Source: Auanema rhodensis
Taxonomy: Eukaryota; Animalia; Nematoda
NCBI GenBank assembly: GCA_964057225.1
Contig: OZ059900.1
Span: 19,344,001 to 19,408,000, forward strand
Length of the DNA: 64,000 nucleotides
Direction of reading: 5' to 3'
Program-made: the position numbers and the translations under genes
Part shown: positions 10,315-24,500 of the stretch, piece after piece
How the letters are laid out: each line of letters starts with the position of its first letter
Position numbering within the stretch: the stretch's first letter is position 1
Notes under the pieces: model-generated
What the model was told of the DNA's origin: nothing
Seen by the model: only the letters and a program-made list of their open reading frames with translations
Databases searched by the model: none

Positions 10315-13300
10315 GCATGTAAAATGCTTCATTTTAGTATGTAACACGCTGAAATTCGTTTCATTTGACGACTCATATGAACAAAAATCGATTTAATCAA
10401 TATTAGCCATAAGGGGCGTGCCCTCAGAATATGCTAATTTCCTTACTTTTCTAACCCCTGTTTTTTTGTCGTGAAAGTGGAACTAGACGTTGTAGGAACA
10501 ATTTTGAGCTAGGTTTCATTGACATTGCATGAGTTTGAACACATGAAATCGTAAGTCAAAACCTTGTTTACAGCGAAATTTCCAAAAACTGGTTTTCCAG
10601 CATAATAAAATATTTCTCATGGGAAATACTGTGTTTTTGTATTTTTATAGTGTTCAGCATGTAAAATGTTTCATTTTAGTATGTAACACGCTGAAATTCG
10701 TTGCATTTGACGACTCATATGAACAAAAATCGATTTAATCAATATTAGCCATAAAGGGCGTGCCCTCAGAATATGCTAATTTCCTTAATTTTCTAACCCC
10801 TGTTTTGTTGTCGTGAAAGTGGAACTAGACGTTGTAGGAACAATTTTGAGCTAGGTTTCATTGACATTGCATGAGTTTGAACACATGAAATCGTAAGTCA
10901 AAACCTTGTTTACAGCGAACTTTCCAAAAACTGGTTTTCCAGCATAATAAAATATTTCTTATGGGAAATACTGTGTTTTTGTATTTTTCTAGTGTTCAGC
11001 ATGTGAAATGCTTCATTTTAGTATGTAACACGCTGAAATTCGTTGCATTTGACGACTCATATGAACAAAAATCGATTTAATCAATATTAGCCATAAGGGG
11101 CGTGCCCTCAGAATATGCTAATTTCCTTAATTTTCTAACCCCTGTTTTGTTGTCGTGAAAGTGGAACTAGACGTTGTAGGAACAATTTTGAGCTAGGTTT
11201 CATTGACATTGCATGAGTTTGAACACATGAAATCGTAAGTCAAAACCTTGTTTACAGCGAAATTTCCAAAAACTGGTTTTCCAGCATAATAAAATATTTC
11301 TCATGGGAAATACTGTGTTTTTGTATTTTTCTAGTGTTCAGCATGTAAAATGCTTCATTTTAGTATGTAACACGCTGAAATTCGTTGCATTTGACGACTC
11401 ATATGAACAAAAATCGATTTAATCAATATTAGCCATAAGGGGCGTGCCCTCAGAATATGCTAATTTCCTTAATTTTCTAACCCCTGTTTTTTGTCGTGAA
11501 AGTGGAACTAGACGTTGTAGGAACAATTTTGAGCTAGGTTTCATTGACATTGCATGAGTTTGAACACATGAAATCGTAAGTCAAAACCTTGTTTACAGCG
11601 AAATTTCCAAAAACTGGTTTTCCAGCATAATAAAATATTTCTCATGGGAAATACTGTGTTTTTGTATTTTTATAGTGTTCAGCATGTAAAATGCTTCATT
11701 TTAGTATGTAACACGCTGAAATTCGTTGCATTTGACGACTCATATGAACAAAAATCGATTTAATCAATATTAGCCATAAGGGGCGTGCCCTCAGAATATG
11801 CTAATTTCCTTAATTTTCTAACCCCTGTTTTTTTGTCGTGAAAGTGGAATTAGACGTTGTAGGAACAATTTTGAGCTAGGTTTCATTGACATTGCATGAG
11901 TTTGAACACATGAAATCGTAAGTCAAAACCTTGTTTACAGCGAAACTTCCAAAAACTGGTTTTCCAGCATAATAAAATATTTCTCATGGGAAATACTGTG
12001 TTTTTGTATTTTTATGGTGTTCAGCATGTAAAATGCTTCATTTTAGTATGTAACACGCTGAAATTCGTTGCATTTGACGACTCATATGAACAAAAATCGA
12101 TTTAATCAATATTAGCCATAAGGGTCGTGCCCTCAGAATATGCTAATTTCCTTAATTTTCTAACCCCTGTTTTTTTGTCGTGAAAGTGGAACTAGACGTT
12201 GTAGGAACAGTTTTGAGCTAGGTTTCATTGACATTGCATGAGTTTGAACACATGAAATCGTAAGTCAAAACCTTGTTTACAGCGAAATTTCCAAAAAGTG
12301 GTTTTCCAGCATAATAAAATATTTCTCATGGGAAATACTGTGTTTTTGTATTTTTCTAGTGTTCAGCATGTAAAATGCTTCATTTAAGTATGTGACACGC
12401 TGAAATTCGTTGCATTTGACGACTCATATGAACAAAAATCGATTTAATCAATATTAGCCATAAGGGGCGTGCCCTCAGATTATGCTAATTTCCTTAATTT
12501 TCTAACCCCTGTTTTTTGTCGTGAAAGTGGAACTAGACGTTGTAGGAACAATTTTGAGCTAGGTTTCATTGACATTGCATGAGTTTGAACACATGAAATC
12601 GTAAGTCAAAACCTTGTTTACAGCGAAATTTCCAAAAACTGGTTTTCCAGCATAATAAAATATTTCTCATGGGAAATACTGTGTTTTTGTATTTTTCTAG
12701 TGTTCAGCATGCAAAATACTTCATTTTAGTATGTAACACGCTGAAATTCGTTGCATTTGACGACTCATATGAACAAAAATCGATTTAATCAATATTAGCC
12801 ATAAGGGGCGTGCCCTCAGAATATGCTAATTTCCTAAATTTTCTAACCCCTGTTTTTTTGTCGTGAAAGTGGAACTAGACGTTGTACGAACAATTTTGAG
12901 CTAGGTTTCATTGACATTGCATGAGTTTGAACACATGAAATCGTAAGTCAAAACCTTGTTTACAGCGAAATTTCCAAAAACTCGTTTTCCAGCATAATAA
13001 AATATTTCTCATGGGAAAAACTGTGTTTTTGTATTTTTCTAGTGTTCAGCATGTAAAATGCTTCATTTTAGTATGTAACACGCTGAAATTCGTTGCATTT
13101 GACGACTCATATGAACAAAAATCGATTTAATCAATATTAGCCATAAGGGGCGTGCCCTCAGAATATGCTAATTTCCTTAATTTTCTAACCCCTGTTTTTT
13201 TGTCGTGAAAGTGGAACTAGACGTTGTACGAACAATTTTGAGCTAGGTTTCATTGACATTGCATGAGTTTGAACACATGAAATCGTAAGTCAAAACCTTG

Positions 13301-13997
13301 TTTACAGCGAAATTTCCAAAAACTGGTTTTCCAGCATAATAAAATATTTCTCATGGGAAATACTGTGTTTTTGTATTTTTCTAGTGTTCAGCATGTGAAA
13401 TGCTTCATTTTAGTATGTAACACGCTGAAATTCGTTGCATTTGACGACTCATATGAACCAAAATCGATTTAATCAATATTAGCCATAAGGGGTGTGCCCT
13501 CAGAATATGCTAATTTCCTTAATTTTCTAACCCCTGTTTTGTTGTCGTGAAAGTGGAACTAGACGTTGTAGGAACAATTTTGAGCTAGGTTTCATTGACA
13601 TTGCATGAGTTTGAACACATGAAATCGTAAGTCAAAACCTTGTTTACAGCGAAATTTCCAAAAACTGGTTTTCCAGCATAATAAAATATTTCTCATGGGA
13701 AATACTGTGTTTTTGTATTTTTATAGTGTTCAGCATGTAAAATGCTTCATTTTAGTATGTAACACGCTGAAATTCGTTGCATTTGACGACTCATATGAAC
13801 AAAAATCGATTTAATCAATATTAGCCATAAGAGGCGTGCCCTCAGAATATGCTAATTTCCTTAATTTTCTAACCCCTGTTTTTTTGTCGTGAAAGTGGAA
13901 CTAGACGTTGTAATAACAATTTTGAGCTAGGTTTCATTGACATTGCATGAGTTTGAACACATGAAATCGTAAGTCAAAACCTTGTTTACAGCGAAAT

Positions 13998-14145
13998 TTC
14001 AAAAACTGGTTTTCCAGCATAATAAAATATTTCTCATGGGAAATACTGTGTTTTTGTATTTTTCTAGTGTTCAAAAACTGGTTTTCCAGCATAATAAAAT
14101 ATTTCTCATGGGAAATACTGTGTTTTTGTATTTTTCTAGTGTTCA
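13998..14145. repeat. 72-bp internal tandem duplication, copy 2
   Basis: Same structure as copy 1, offset 3831 bp. Confidence 0.95.
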
Positions 14146-16461
14146 GCATGTAAAATGCTTCATTTTAGTATGTAACACGCTGAAATTCGTTTCATTTGAC
14201 GACTCATATGAACAAAAATCGATTTAATCAATATTAGCCATAAGGGGCGTGCCCTCAGAATATGCTAATTTCCTTAATTTTCTAACCCCTGTTTTTTTGT
14301 CGTGAAAGTGGAACTAGACGTTGTAGGAACAATTTTGAGCTAGATTTCATTGACATTGCATGAGTTTGAACACATGAAATCGTAAGTCAAAACCTTGTTT
14401 ACAGCGAAATTTCCAAAAACTGGTTTTCCAGCATAATAAAATATTTCTCATGGGAAATACTGTGTTTTTGTATTTTTCTAGTGTTCAGCATGTAAAATGC
14501 TTCATTTTAGTATGTAACACGCTGAAATTCGTTTCATTTGACGACTCATATGAACAAAAATCGATTTAATCAATATTAGCCATAAGGGGCGTGCCCTCAG
14601 AATATGCTAATTTCCTTAATTTTCTAACCCCTGTTTTTTTGTCGTGAAAGTGGAACTAGACGTTGTAGGAACAATTTTGAGCTAGATTTCATTGACATTG
14701 CATGAGTTTGAACACATGAAATCGTAAGTCAAAACCTTGTTTACAGCGAAATTTCCAAAAACTGGTTTTCCAGCATAATAAAATATTTCTCATGGGAAAT
14801 ACTGTGTTTTTGTATTTTTATAGTGTTCAGCATGTAAAATGTTTCATTTTAGTATGTAACACGCTGAAATTCGTTGCATTTGACGACTCATATGAACAAA
14901 AATCGATTTAATCAATATTAGCCATAAAGGGCGTGCCCTCAGAATATGCTAATTTCCTTAATTTTCTAACCCCTGTTTTGTTGTCGTGAAAGTGGAACTA
15001 GACGTTGTAGGAACAATTTTGAGCTAGGTTTCATTGACATTGCATGAGTTTGAACACATGAAATCGTAAGTCAAAACCTTGTTTACAGCGAACTTTCCAA
15101 AAACTGGTTTTCCAGCATAATAAAATATTTCTCATGGGAAATACTGTGTTTTTGTATTTTTCTAGTGTTCAGCATGTAAAATGCTTCATTTTAGTATGTA
15201 ACACGCTGAAATTCGTTGCATTTGACGACTCATATGAACAAAAATCGATTTAATCAATATTAGCCATAAGGGTCGTGCCCTCAGAATATGCTAATTTCCT
15301 TAATTTTCTAACCCCTGTTTTTTTGTCGTGAAAGTGGAACTAGACGTTGTAGGAACAGTTTTGAGCTAGGTTTCATTGACATTGCATGAGTTTGAACACA
15401 TGAAATCGTAAGTCAAAACCTTGTTTACAGCGAAATTTCCAAAAACTGGTTTTCCAGCATAATAAAATATTTCTCATGGGAAATACTGTGTTTTTGTATT
15501 TTTCTAGTGTTCAGCATGTAAAATGCTTCATTTTAGTATGTAACACGCTGAAATTCGTTGCATTTGACGACTCATATGAACAAAAATCGATTTAATCAAT
15601 ATTAGCCATAAGGGGCGTGCCCTCAGAATATGCTAATTTCCTTAATTTTCTAACCCCTGTTTTTTGTCGTGAAAGTGGAACTAGACGTTGTAGGAACAAT
15701 TTTGAGCTAGGTTTCATTGACATTGCATGAGTTTGAACACATGAAATCGTAAGTCAAAACCTTGTTTACAGCGAAATTTCCAAAAACTGGTTTTCCAGCA
15801 TAATAAAATATTTCTCATGGGAAATACTGTGTTTTTGTATTTTTATAGTGTTCAGCATGTAAAATGCTTCATTTTAGTATGTAACACGCTGAAATTCGTT
15901 GCATTTGACGACTCATATGAACAAAAATCGATTTAATCAATATTAGCCATAAGGGGCGTGCCCTCAGAATATGCTAATTTCCTTAATTTTCTAACCCCTG
16001 TTTTTTTGTCGTGAAAGTGGAATTAGACGTTGTAGGAACAATTTTGAGCTAGGTTTCATTGACATTGCATGAGTTTGAACACATGAAATCGTAAGTCAAA
16101 ACCTTGTTTACAGCGAAACTTCCAAAAACTGGTTTTCCAGCATAATAAAATATTTCTCATGGGAAATACTGTGTTTTTGTATTTTTATAGTGTTCAGCAT
16201 GTAAAATGCTTCATTTTAGTATGTAACACGCTGAAATTCGTTGCATTTGACGACTCATATGAACAAAAATCGATTTAATCAATATTAGCCATAAGAGGCG
16301 TGCCCTCAGAATATGCTAATTTCCTTAATTTTCTAACCCCTGTTTTTTTGTCGTGAAAGTGGAACTAGACGTTGTAATAACAATTTTGAGCTAGGTTTCA
16401 TTGACATTGCATGAGTTTGAACACATGAAATCGTAAGTCAAAACCTTGTTTACAGCGAAAT

Positions 16462-16609
16462 TTCAAAAACTGGTTTTCCAGCATAATAAAATATTTCTCA
16501 TGGGAAATACTGTGTTTTTGTATTTTTCTAGTGTTCAAAAACTGGTTTTCCAGCATAATAAAATATTTCTCATGGGAAATACTGTGTTTTTGTATTTTTC
16601 TAGTGTTCA
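16462..16609. repeat. 72-bp internal tandem duplication, copy 3
   Basis: Same structure, 2464 bp after copy 2. Confidence 0.95.
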
Positions 16610-19608
16610 GCATGTAAAATGCTTCATTTTAGTATGTAACACGCTGAAATTCGTTTCATTTGACGACTCATATGAACAAAAATCGATTTAATCAATATTA
16701 GCCATAAGGGGCGTGCCCTCAGAATATGCTAATTTCCTTAATTTTCTAACCCCTGTTTTTTTGTCGTGAAAGTGGAACTAGACGTTGTAGGAACAATTTT
16801 GAGCTAGATTTCATTGACATTGCATGAGTTTGAACACATGAAATCGTAAGTCAAAACCTTGTTTACAGCGAAATTTCCAAAAACTGGTTTTCCAGCATAA
16901 TAAAATATTTCTCATGGGAAATACTGTGTTTTTGTATTTTTCTAGTGTTCAGCATGTAAAATGCTTCATTTTAGTATGTAACACGCTGAAATTCGTTGCA
17001 TTTGACGACTCATATGAACAAAAATCGATTTAATCAATATTAGCCATAAGGGTCGTGCCCTCAGAATATGCTAATTTCCTTAATTTTCTAACCCCTGTTT
17101 TTTTGTCGTGAAAGTGGAACTAGACGTTGTAGGAACAGTTTTGAGCTAGGTTTCATTGACATTGCATGAGTTTGAACACATGAAATCGTAAGTCAAAACC
17201 TTGTTTACAGCGAAATTTCCAAAAACTGGTTTTCCAGCATAATAAAATATTTCTCATGGGAAATACTGTGTTTTTGTATTTTTCTAGTGTTCAGCATGTA
17301 AAATGCTTCATTTAAGTATGTGACACGCTGAAATTCGTTGCATTTGACGACTCATATGAACAAAAATCGATTTAATCAATATTAGCCATAAGGGGCGTGC
17401 CCTCAGAATATGCTAATTTCCTTAATTTTCTAACCCCTGTTTTTTTGTCGTGAAAGTGGAATTAGACGTTGTAGGAACAATTTTGAGCTAGGTTTCATTG
17501 ACATTGCATGAGTTTGAACACATGAAATCGTAAGTCAAAACCTTGTTTACAGCGAAACTTCCAAAAACTGGTTTTCCAGCATAATAAAATATTTCTCATG
17601 GGAAATACTGTGTTTTTGTATTTTTATGGTGTTCAGCATGTAAAATGCTTCATTTTAGTATGTAACACGCTGAAATTCGTTGCATTTGACGACTCATATG
17701 AACAAAAATCGATTTAATCAATATTAGCCATAAGGGTCGTGCCCTCAGAATATGCTAATTTCCTTAATTTTCTAACCCCTGTTTTTTTGTCGTGAAAGTG
17801 GAACTAGACGTTGTAGGAACAGTTTTGAGCTAGGTTTCATTGACATTGCATGAGTTTGAACACATGAAATCGTAAGTCAAAACCTTGTTTACAGCGAAAT
17901 TTCCAAAAAGTGGTTTTCCAGCATAATAAAATATTTCTCATGGGAAATACTGTGTTTTTGTATTTTTCTAGTGTTCAGCATGTAAAATGCTTCATTTAAG
18001 TATGTGACACGCTGAAATTCGTTGCATTTGACGACTCATATGAACAAAAATCGATTTAATCAATATTAGCCATAAGGGGCGTGCCCTCAGATTATGCTAA
18101 TTTCCTTAATTTTCTAACCCCTGTTTTTTGTCGTGAAAGTGGAACTAGACGTTGTAGGAACAATTTTGAGCTAGGTTTCATTGACATTGCATGAGTTTGA
18201 ACACATGAAATCGTAAGTCAAAACCTTGTTTACAGCGAAATTTCCAAAAACTGGTTTTCCAGCATAATAAAATATTTCTCATGGGAAATACTGTGTTTTT
18301 GTATTTTTCTAGTGTTCAGCATGCAAAATACTTCATTTTAGTATGTAACACGCTGAAATTCGTTGCATTTGACGACTCATATGAACAAAAATCGATTTAA
18401 TCAATATTAGCCATAAGGGGCGTGCCCTCAGAATATGCTAATTTCCTTAATTTTCTAACCCCTGTTTTGTTGTCGTGAAAGTGGAACTAGACGTTGTAGG
18501 AACAATTTTGAGCTAGGTTTCATTGACATTGCATGAGTTTGAACACATGAAATCGTAAGTCAAAACCTTGTTTACAGCGAAATTTCCAAAAACTGGTTTT
18601 CCAGCATAATAAAATATTTCTCATGGGAAATACTGTGTTTTTGTATTTTTCTAGTGTTCAGCATGTAAAATGCTTCATTTTAGTATGTAACACGCTGAAA
18701 TTAATTGCATTTGACGACTCATATGAACAAAAATCGATTTAATCAATATTAGCCATAAGGGGCGTGCCCTCAGAATATGCTAATTTCCTTAATTTTCTAA
18801 CCCCTGTTTTTTGTCGTGAAAGTGGAACTAGACGTTGTAGGAACAATTTTGAGCTAGGTTTCATTGACATTGCATGAGTTTGAACACATGAAATCGTAAG
18901 TCAAAACCTTGTTTACAGCGAAAATTCCAAAAACTGGTTTTCCAGCATAATAAAATATTTCTCATGGGAAATACTGTGTTTTTGTATTTTTCTAGTGTTC
19001 AGCATGTAAAATGCTTCATTTAAGTATGTGACACGCTGAAATTCGTTGCATTTGACGACTCATATGAACAAAAATCGATTTAATCAATATTAGCCATAAG
19101 GGGCGTGCCCTCAGAATATGCTAATTTCCTTAATTTTCTAACCCCTGTTTTGTTGTCGTGAAAGTGGAACTAGACGTTGTAGGAACAATTTTGAGCTAGG
19201 TTTCATTGACATTGCATGAGTTTGAACACATGAAATCGTAAGTCAAAACCTTGTTTACAGCGAAATTTCCAAAAACTGGTTTTCCAGCATAATAAAATAT
19301 TTCTCATGGGAAATACTGTGTTTTTGTATTTTTATAGTGTTCAGCATGTGAAATGCTTCATTTTAGTATGTAACACGCTGAAATTCGTTGCATTTGACGA
19401 CTCATATGAACAAAAATCGATTTAATCAATATTAGCCATAAGAGGCGTGCCCTCAGAATATGCTAATTTCCTTAATTTTCTAACCCCTGTTTTTTTGTCG
19501 TGAAAGTGGAACTAGACGTTGTAATAACAATTTTGAGCTAGGTTTCATTGACATTGCATGAGTTTGAACACATGAAATCGTAAGTCAAAACCTTGTTTAC
19601 AGCGAAAT

Positions 19609-19756
19609 TTCAAAAACTGGTTTTCCAGCATAATAAAATATTTCTCATGGGAAATACTGTGTTTTTGTATTTTTCTAGTGTTCAAAAACTGGTTTTCCAG
19701 CATAATAAAATATTTCTCATGGGAAATACTGTGTTTTTGTATTTTTCTAGTGTTCA
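19609..19756. repeat. 72-bp internal tandem duplication, copy 4
   Basis: Same structure, 3147 bp after copy 3. Confidence 0.95.
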
Positions 19757-21569
19757 GCATGTAAAATGCTTCATTTTAGTATGTAACACGCTGAAATTCG
19801 TTTCATTTGACGACTCATATGAACAAAAATCGATTTAATCAATATTAGCCATAAGGGGCGTGCCCTCAGAATATGCTAATTTCCTTAATTTTCTAACCCC
19901 TGTTTTTTTGTCGTGAAAGTGGAACTAGACGTTGTAGGAACAATTTTGAGCTAGGTTTCATTGACATTGCATGAGTTTGAACACATGAAATCGTAAGTCA
20001 AAACCTTGTTTACAGCGAAATTTCCAAAAACTGGTTTTCCAGCATAATAAAATATTTCTCATGGGAAATACTGTGTTTTTGTATTTTTATAGTGTTCAGC
20101 ATGTAAAATGTTTCATTTTAGTATGTAACACGCTGAAATTCGTTGCATTTGACGACTCATATGAACAAAAATCGATTTAATCAATATTAGCCATAAAGGG
20201 CGTGCCCTCAGAATATGCTAATTTCCTTAATTTTCTAACCCCTGTTTTGTTGTCGTGAAAGTGGAACTAGACGTTGTAGGAACAATTTTGAGCTAGGTTT
20301 CATTGACATTGCATGAGTTTGAACACATGAAATCGTAAGTCAAAACCTTGTTTACAGCGAACTTTCCAAAAACTGGTTTTCCAGCATAATAAAATATTTC
20401 TTATGGGAAATACTGTGTTTTTGTATTTTTCTAGTGTTCAGCATGTGAAATGCTTCATTTTAGTATGTAACACGCTGAAATTCGTTGCATTTGACGACTC
20501 ATATGAACAAAAATCGATTTAATCAATATTAGCCATAAGGGGCGTGCCCTCAGAATATGCTAATTTCCTTAATTTTCTAACCCCTGTTTTGTTGTCGTGA
20601 AAGTGGAACTAGACGTTGTAGGAACAATTTTGAGCTAGGTTTCATTGACATTGCATGAGTTTGAACACATGAAATCGTAAGTCAAAACCTTGTTTACAGC
20701 GAAATTTCCAAAAACTGGTTTTCCAGCATAATAAAATATTTCTCATGGGAAATACTGTGTTTTTGTATTTTTCTAGTGTTCAGCATGTAAAATGCTTCAT
20801 TTTAGTATGTAACACGCTGAAATTCGTTGCATTTGACGACTCATATGAACAAAAATCGATTTAATCAATATTAGCCATAAGGGGCGTGCCCTCAGAATAT
20901 GCTAATTTCCTTAATTTTCTAACCCCTGTTTTTTGTCGTGAAAGTGGAACTAGACGTTGTAGGAACAATTTTGAGCTAGGTTTCATTGACATTGCATGAG
21001 TTTGAACACATGAAATCGTAAGTCAAAACCTTGTTTACAGCGAAACTTCCAAAAACTGGTTTTCCAGCATAATAAAATATTTCTCATGGGAAATACTGTG
21101 TTTTTGTATTTTTATAGTGTTCAGCATGTAAAATGCTTCATTTTAGTATGTAACACGCTGAAATTCGTTGCATTTGACGACTCATATGAACAAAAATCGA
21201 TTTAATCAATATTAGCCATAAGGGGCGTGCCCTCAGAATATGCTAATTTCCTTAATTTTCTAACCCCTGTTTTTTTGTCGTGAAAGTGGAATTAGACGTT
21301 GTAGGAACAATTTTGAGCTAGGTTTCATTGACATTGCATGAGTTTGAACACATGAAATCGTAAGTCAAAACCTTGTTTACAGCGAAACTTCCAAAAACTG
21401 GTTTTCCAGCATAATAAAATATTTCTCATGGGAAATACTGTGTTTTTGTATTTTTATGGTGTTCAGCATGTAAAATGCTTCATTTTAGTATGTAACACGC
21501 TGAAATTCGTTGCATTTGACGACTCATATGAACAAAAATCGATTTAATCAATATTAGCCATAAGGGTCG

Positions 21570-24500
21570 TGCCCTCAGAATATGCTAATTTCCTTAATTT
21601 TCTAACCCCTGTTTTTTTGTCGTGAAAGTGGAACTAGACGTTGTAGGAACAGTTTTGAGCTAGGTTTCATTGACATTGCATGAGTTTGAACACATGAAAT
21701 CGTAAGTCAAAACCTTGTTTACAGCGAAATTTCCAAAAAGTGGTTTTCCAGCATAATAAAATATTTCTCATGGGAAATACTGTGTTTTTGTATTTTTCTA
21801 GTGTTCAGCATGTAAAATGCTTCATTTAAGTATGTGACACGCTGAAATTCGTTGCATTTGACGACTCATATGAACAAAAATCGATTTAATCAATATTAGC
21901 CATAAGGGGCGTGCCCTCAGATTATGCTAATTTCCTTAATTTTCTAACCCCTGTTTTTTGTCGTGAAAGTGGAACTAGACGTTGTAGGAACAATTTTGAG
22001 CTAGGTTTCATTGACATTGCATGAGTTTGAACACATGAAATCGTAAGTCAAAACCTTGTTTACAGCGAAATTTCCAAAAACTGGTTTTCCAGCATAATAA
22101 AATATTTCTCATGGGAAATACTGTGTTTTTGTATTTTTCTAGTGTTCAGCATGCAAAATACTTCATTTTAGTATGTAACACGCTGAAATTCGTTGCATTT
22201 GACGACTCATATGAACAAAAATCGATTTAATCAATATTAGCCATAAGGGGCGTGCCCTCAGAATATGCTAATTTCCTAAATTTTCTAACCCCTGTTTTTT
22301 TGTCGTGAAAGTGGAACTAGACGTTGTACGAACAATTTTGAGCTAGGTTTCATTGACATTGCATGAGTTTGAACACATGAAATCGTAAGTCAAAACCTTG
22401 TTTACAGCGAAATTTCCAAAAACTGGTTTTCCAGCATAATAAAATATTTCTCATGGGAAAAACTGTGTTTTTGTATTTTTCTAGTGTTCAGCATGTAAAA
22501 TGCTTCATTTTAGTATGTAACACGCTGAAATTCGTTGCATTTGACGACTCATATGAACAAAAATCGATTTAATCAATATTAGCCATAAGAGGCGTGCCCT
22601 CAGAATATGCTAATTTCCTTAATTTTCTAACCCCTGTTTTTTTGTCGTGAAAGTGGAACTAGACGTTGTAGGAACAATTTTGAGCTAGATTTCTTTGACA
22701 TTGCATGAGTTTGAACACATGAAATCGTAAGTCAAAACCTTGTTTACAGCGAAAATTCCAAAAACTGGTTTTCCAGCATAATAAAATATTTCTCATGGGA
22801 AATACTGTGTTTTTGTATTTTTCTAGTGTTCAGCATGTAAAATGCTTCATTTAAGTATGTGACACGCTGAAATTCGTTGCATTTGACGACTCATATGAAC
22901 AAAAATCGATTTAATCAATATTAGCCATAAGGGGCGTGCCCTCAGATTATGCTAATTTCCTTAATTTTCTAACCCCTGTTTTTTGTCGTGAAAGTGGAAC
23001 TAGACGTTGTAGGAACAATTTTGAGCTAGGTTTCATTGACATTGCATGAGTTTGAACACATGAAATCGTAAGTCAAAACCTTGTTTACAGCGAAATTTCC
23101 AAAAACTGGTTTTCCAGCATAATAAAATATTTCTCATGGGAAATACTGTGTTTTTGTATTTTTCTAGTGTTCAGCATGCAAAATACTTCATTTTAGTATG
23201 TAACACGCTGAAATTCGTTGCATTTGACGACTCATATGAACAAAAATCGATTTAATCAATATTAGCCATAAGGGGCGTGCCCTCAGAATATGCTAATTTC
23301 CTAAATTTTCTAACCCCTGTTTTTTTGTCGTGAAAGTGGAACTAGACGTTGTACGAACAATTTTGAGCTAGGTTTCATTGACATTGCATGAGTTTGAACA
23401 CATGAAATCGTAAGTCAAAACCTTGTTTACAGCGAAATTTCCAAAAACTGGTTTTCCAGCATAATAAAATATTTCTCATGGGAAAAACTGTGTTTTTGTA
23501 TTTTTCTAGTGTTCAGCATGTAAAATGCTTCATTTTAGTATGTAACACGCTGAAATTCGTTGCATTTGACGACTCATATGAACAAAAATCGATTTAATCA
23601 ATATTAGCCATAAGAGGCGTGCCCTCAGAATATGCTAATTTCCTTAATTTTCTAACCCCTGTTTTTTTGTCGTGAAAGTGGAACTAGACGTTGTACGAAC
23701 AATTTTGAGCTAGGTTTCATTGACATTGCATGAGTTTGAACACATGAAATCGTAAGTCAAAACCTTGTTTACAGCGAAATTTCCAAAAACTGGTTTTCCA
23801 GCATAATAAAATATTTCTCATGGGAAATACTGTGTTTTTGTATTTTTATAGTGTTCAGCATGTAAAATGTTTCATTTTAGTATGTAACACGCTGAAATTC
23901 GTTGCATTTGACGACTCATATGAACAAAAATCGATTTAATCAATATAAGCCATAAAGGGCGTGCCCTCAGAATATGCTAATTTCCTTAATTTTCTAACCA
24001 CTGTTTTTTTGTCGTGAAAGTGGAACTAGACGTTGTAGGAACAATTTTGAGCTAGGTTTCATTGACATTGCATGAGTTTGAACACATGAAATCGTAAGTC
24101 AAAACCTTGTTTACAGCGAAATTTCCAAAAACTCGTTTTCCAGCATAATAAAATATTTCTCATGGGAAATACTGTGTTTTTGTATTTTTTTAGTGTTCAG
24201 CATGTAAAATGCTTCATTTTAGTATGTAACACGCTGAAATTAATTGCATTTGACGACTCATATGAACAAAAATCGATTTAATCAATATTAGCCATAAGGG
24301 GCGTGCCCTCAGAATATGCTAATTTCCTTAATTTTCTAACCCCTGTTTTTTTGTCGTGAAAGTGGAACTAGACGTTGTACGAACAATTTTGAGCTAGGTT
24401 TCATTGACATTGCATGAGTTTGAACACATGAAATCGTAAGTCAAAACCTTGTTTACAGCGAAATTTCCAAAAACTGGTTTTCCAGCATAATAAAATATTT

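Noticed and set aside
1-10800. Inverted arms as terminal inverted repeats of a foldback transposon or MITE
   Set aside because: The arms are simply the satellite itself. There are no element ends, target-site duplication or internal unique sequence.
10103-19838. Eight ORFs (71 aa on minus, 81 aa on plus, four identical copies each)
   Set aside because: They overlap antisense to each other and pass the length cut-off only because the 72-bp duplication (24 codons) plus a 1-bp deletion lengthen stop-free satellite sequence. They show no recognisable domain or gene context.
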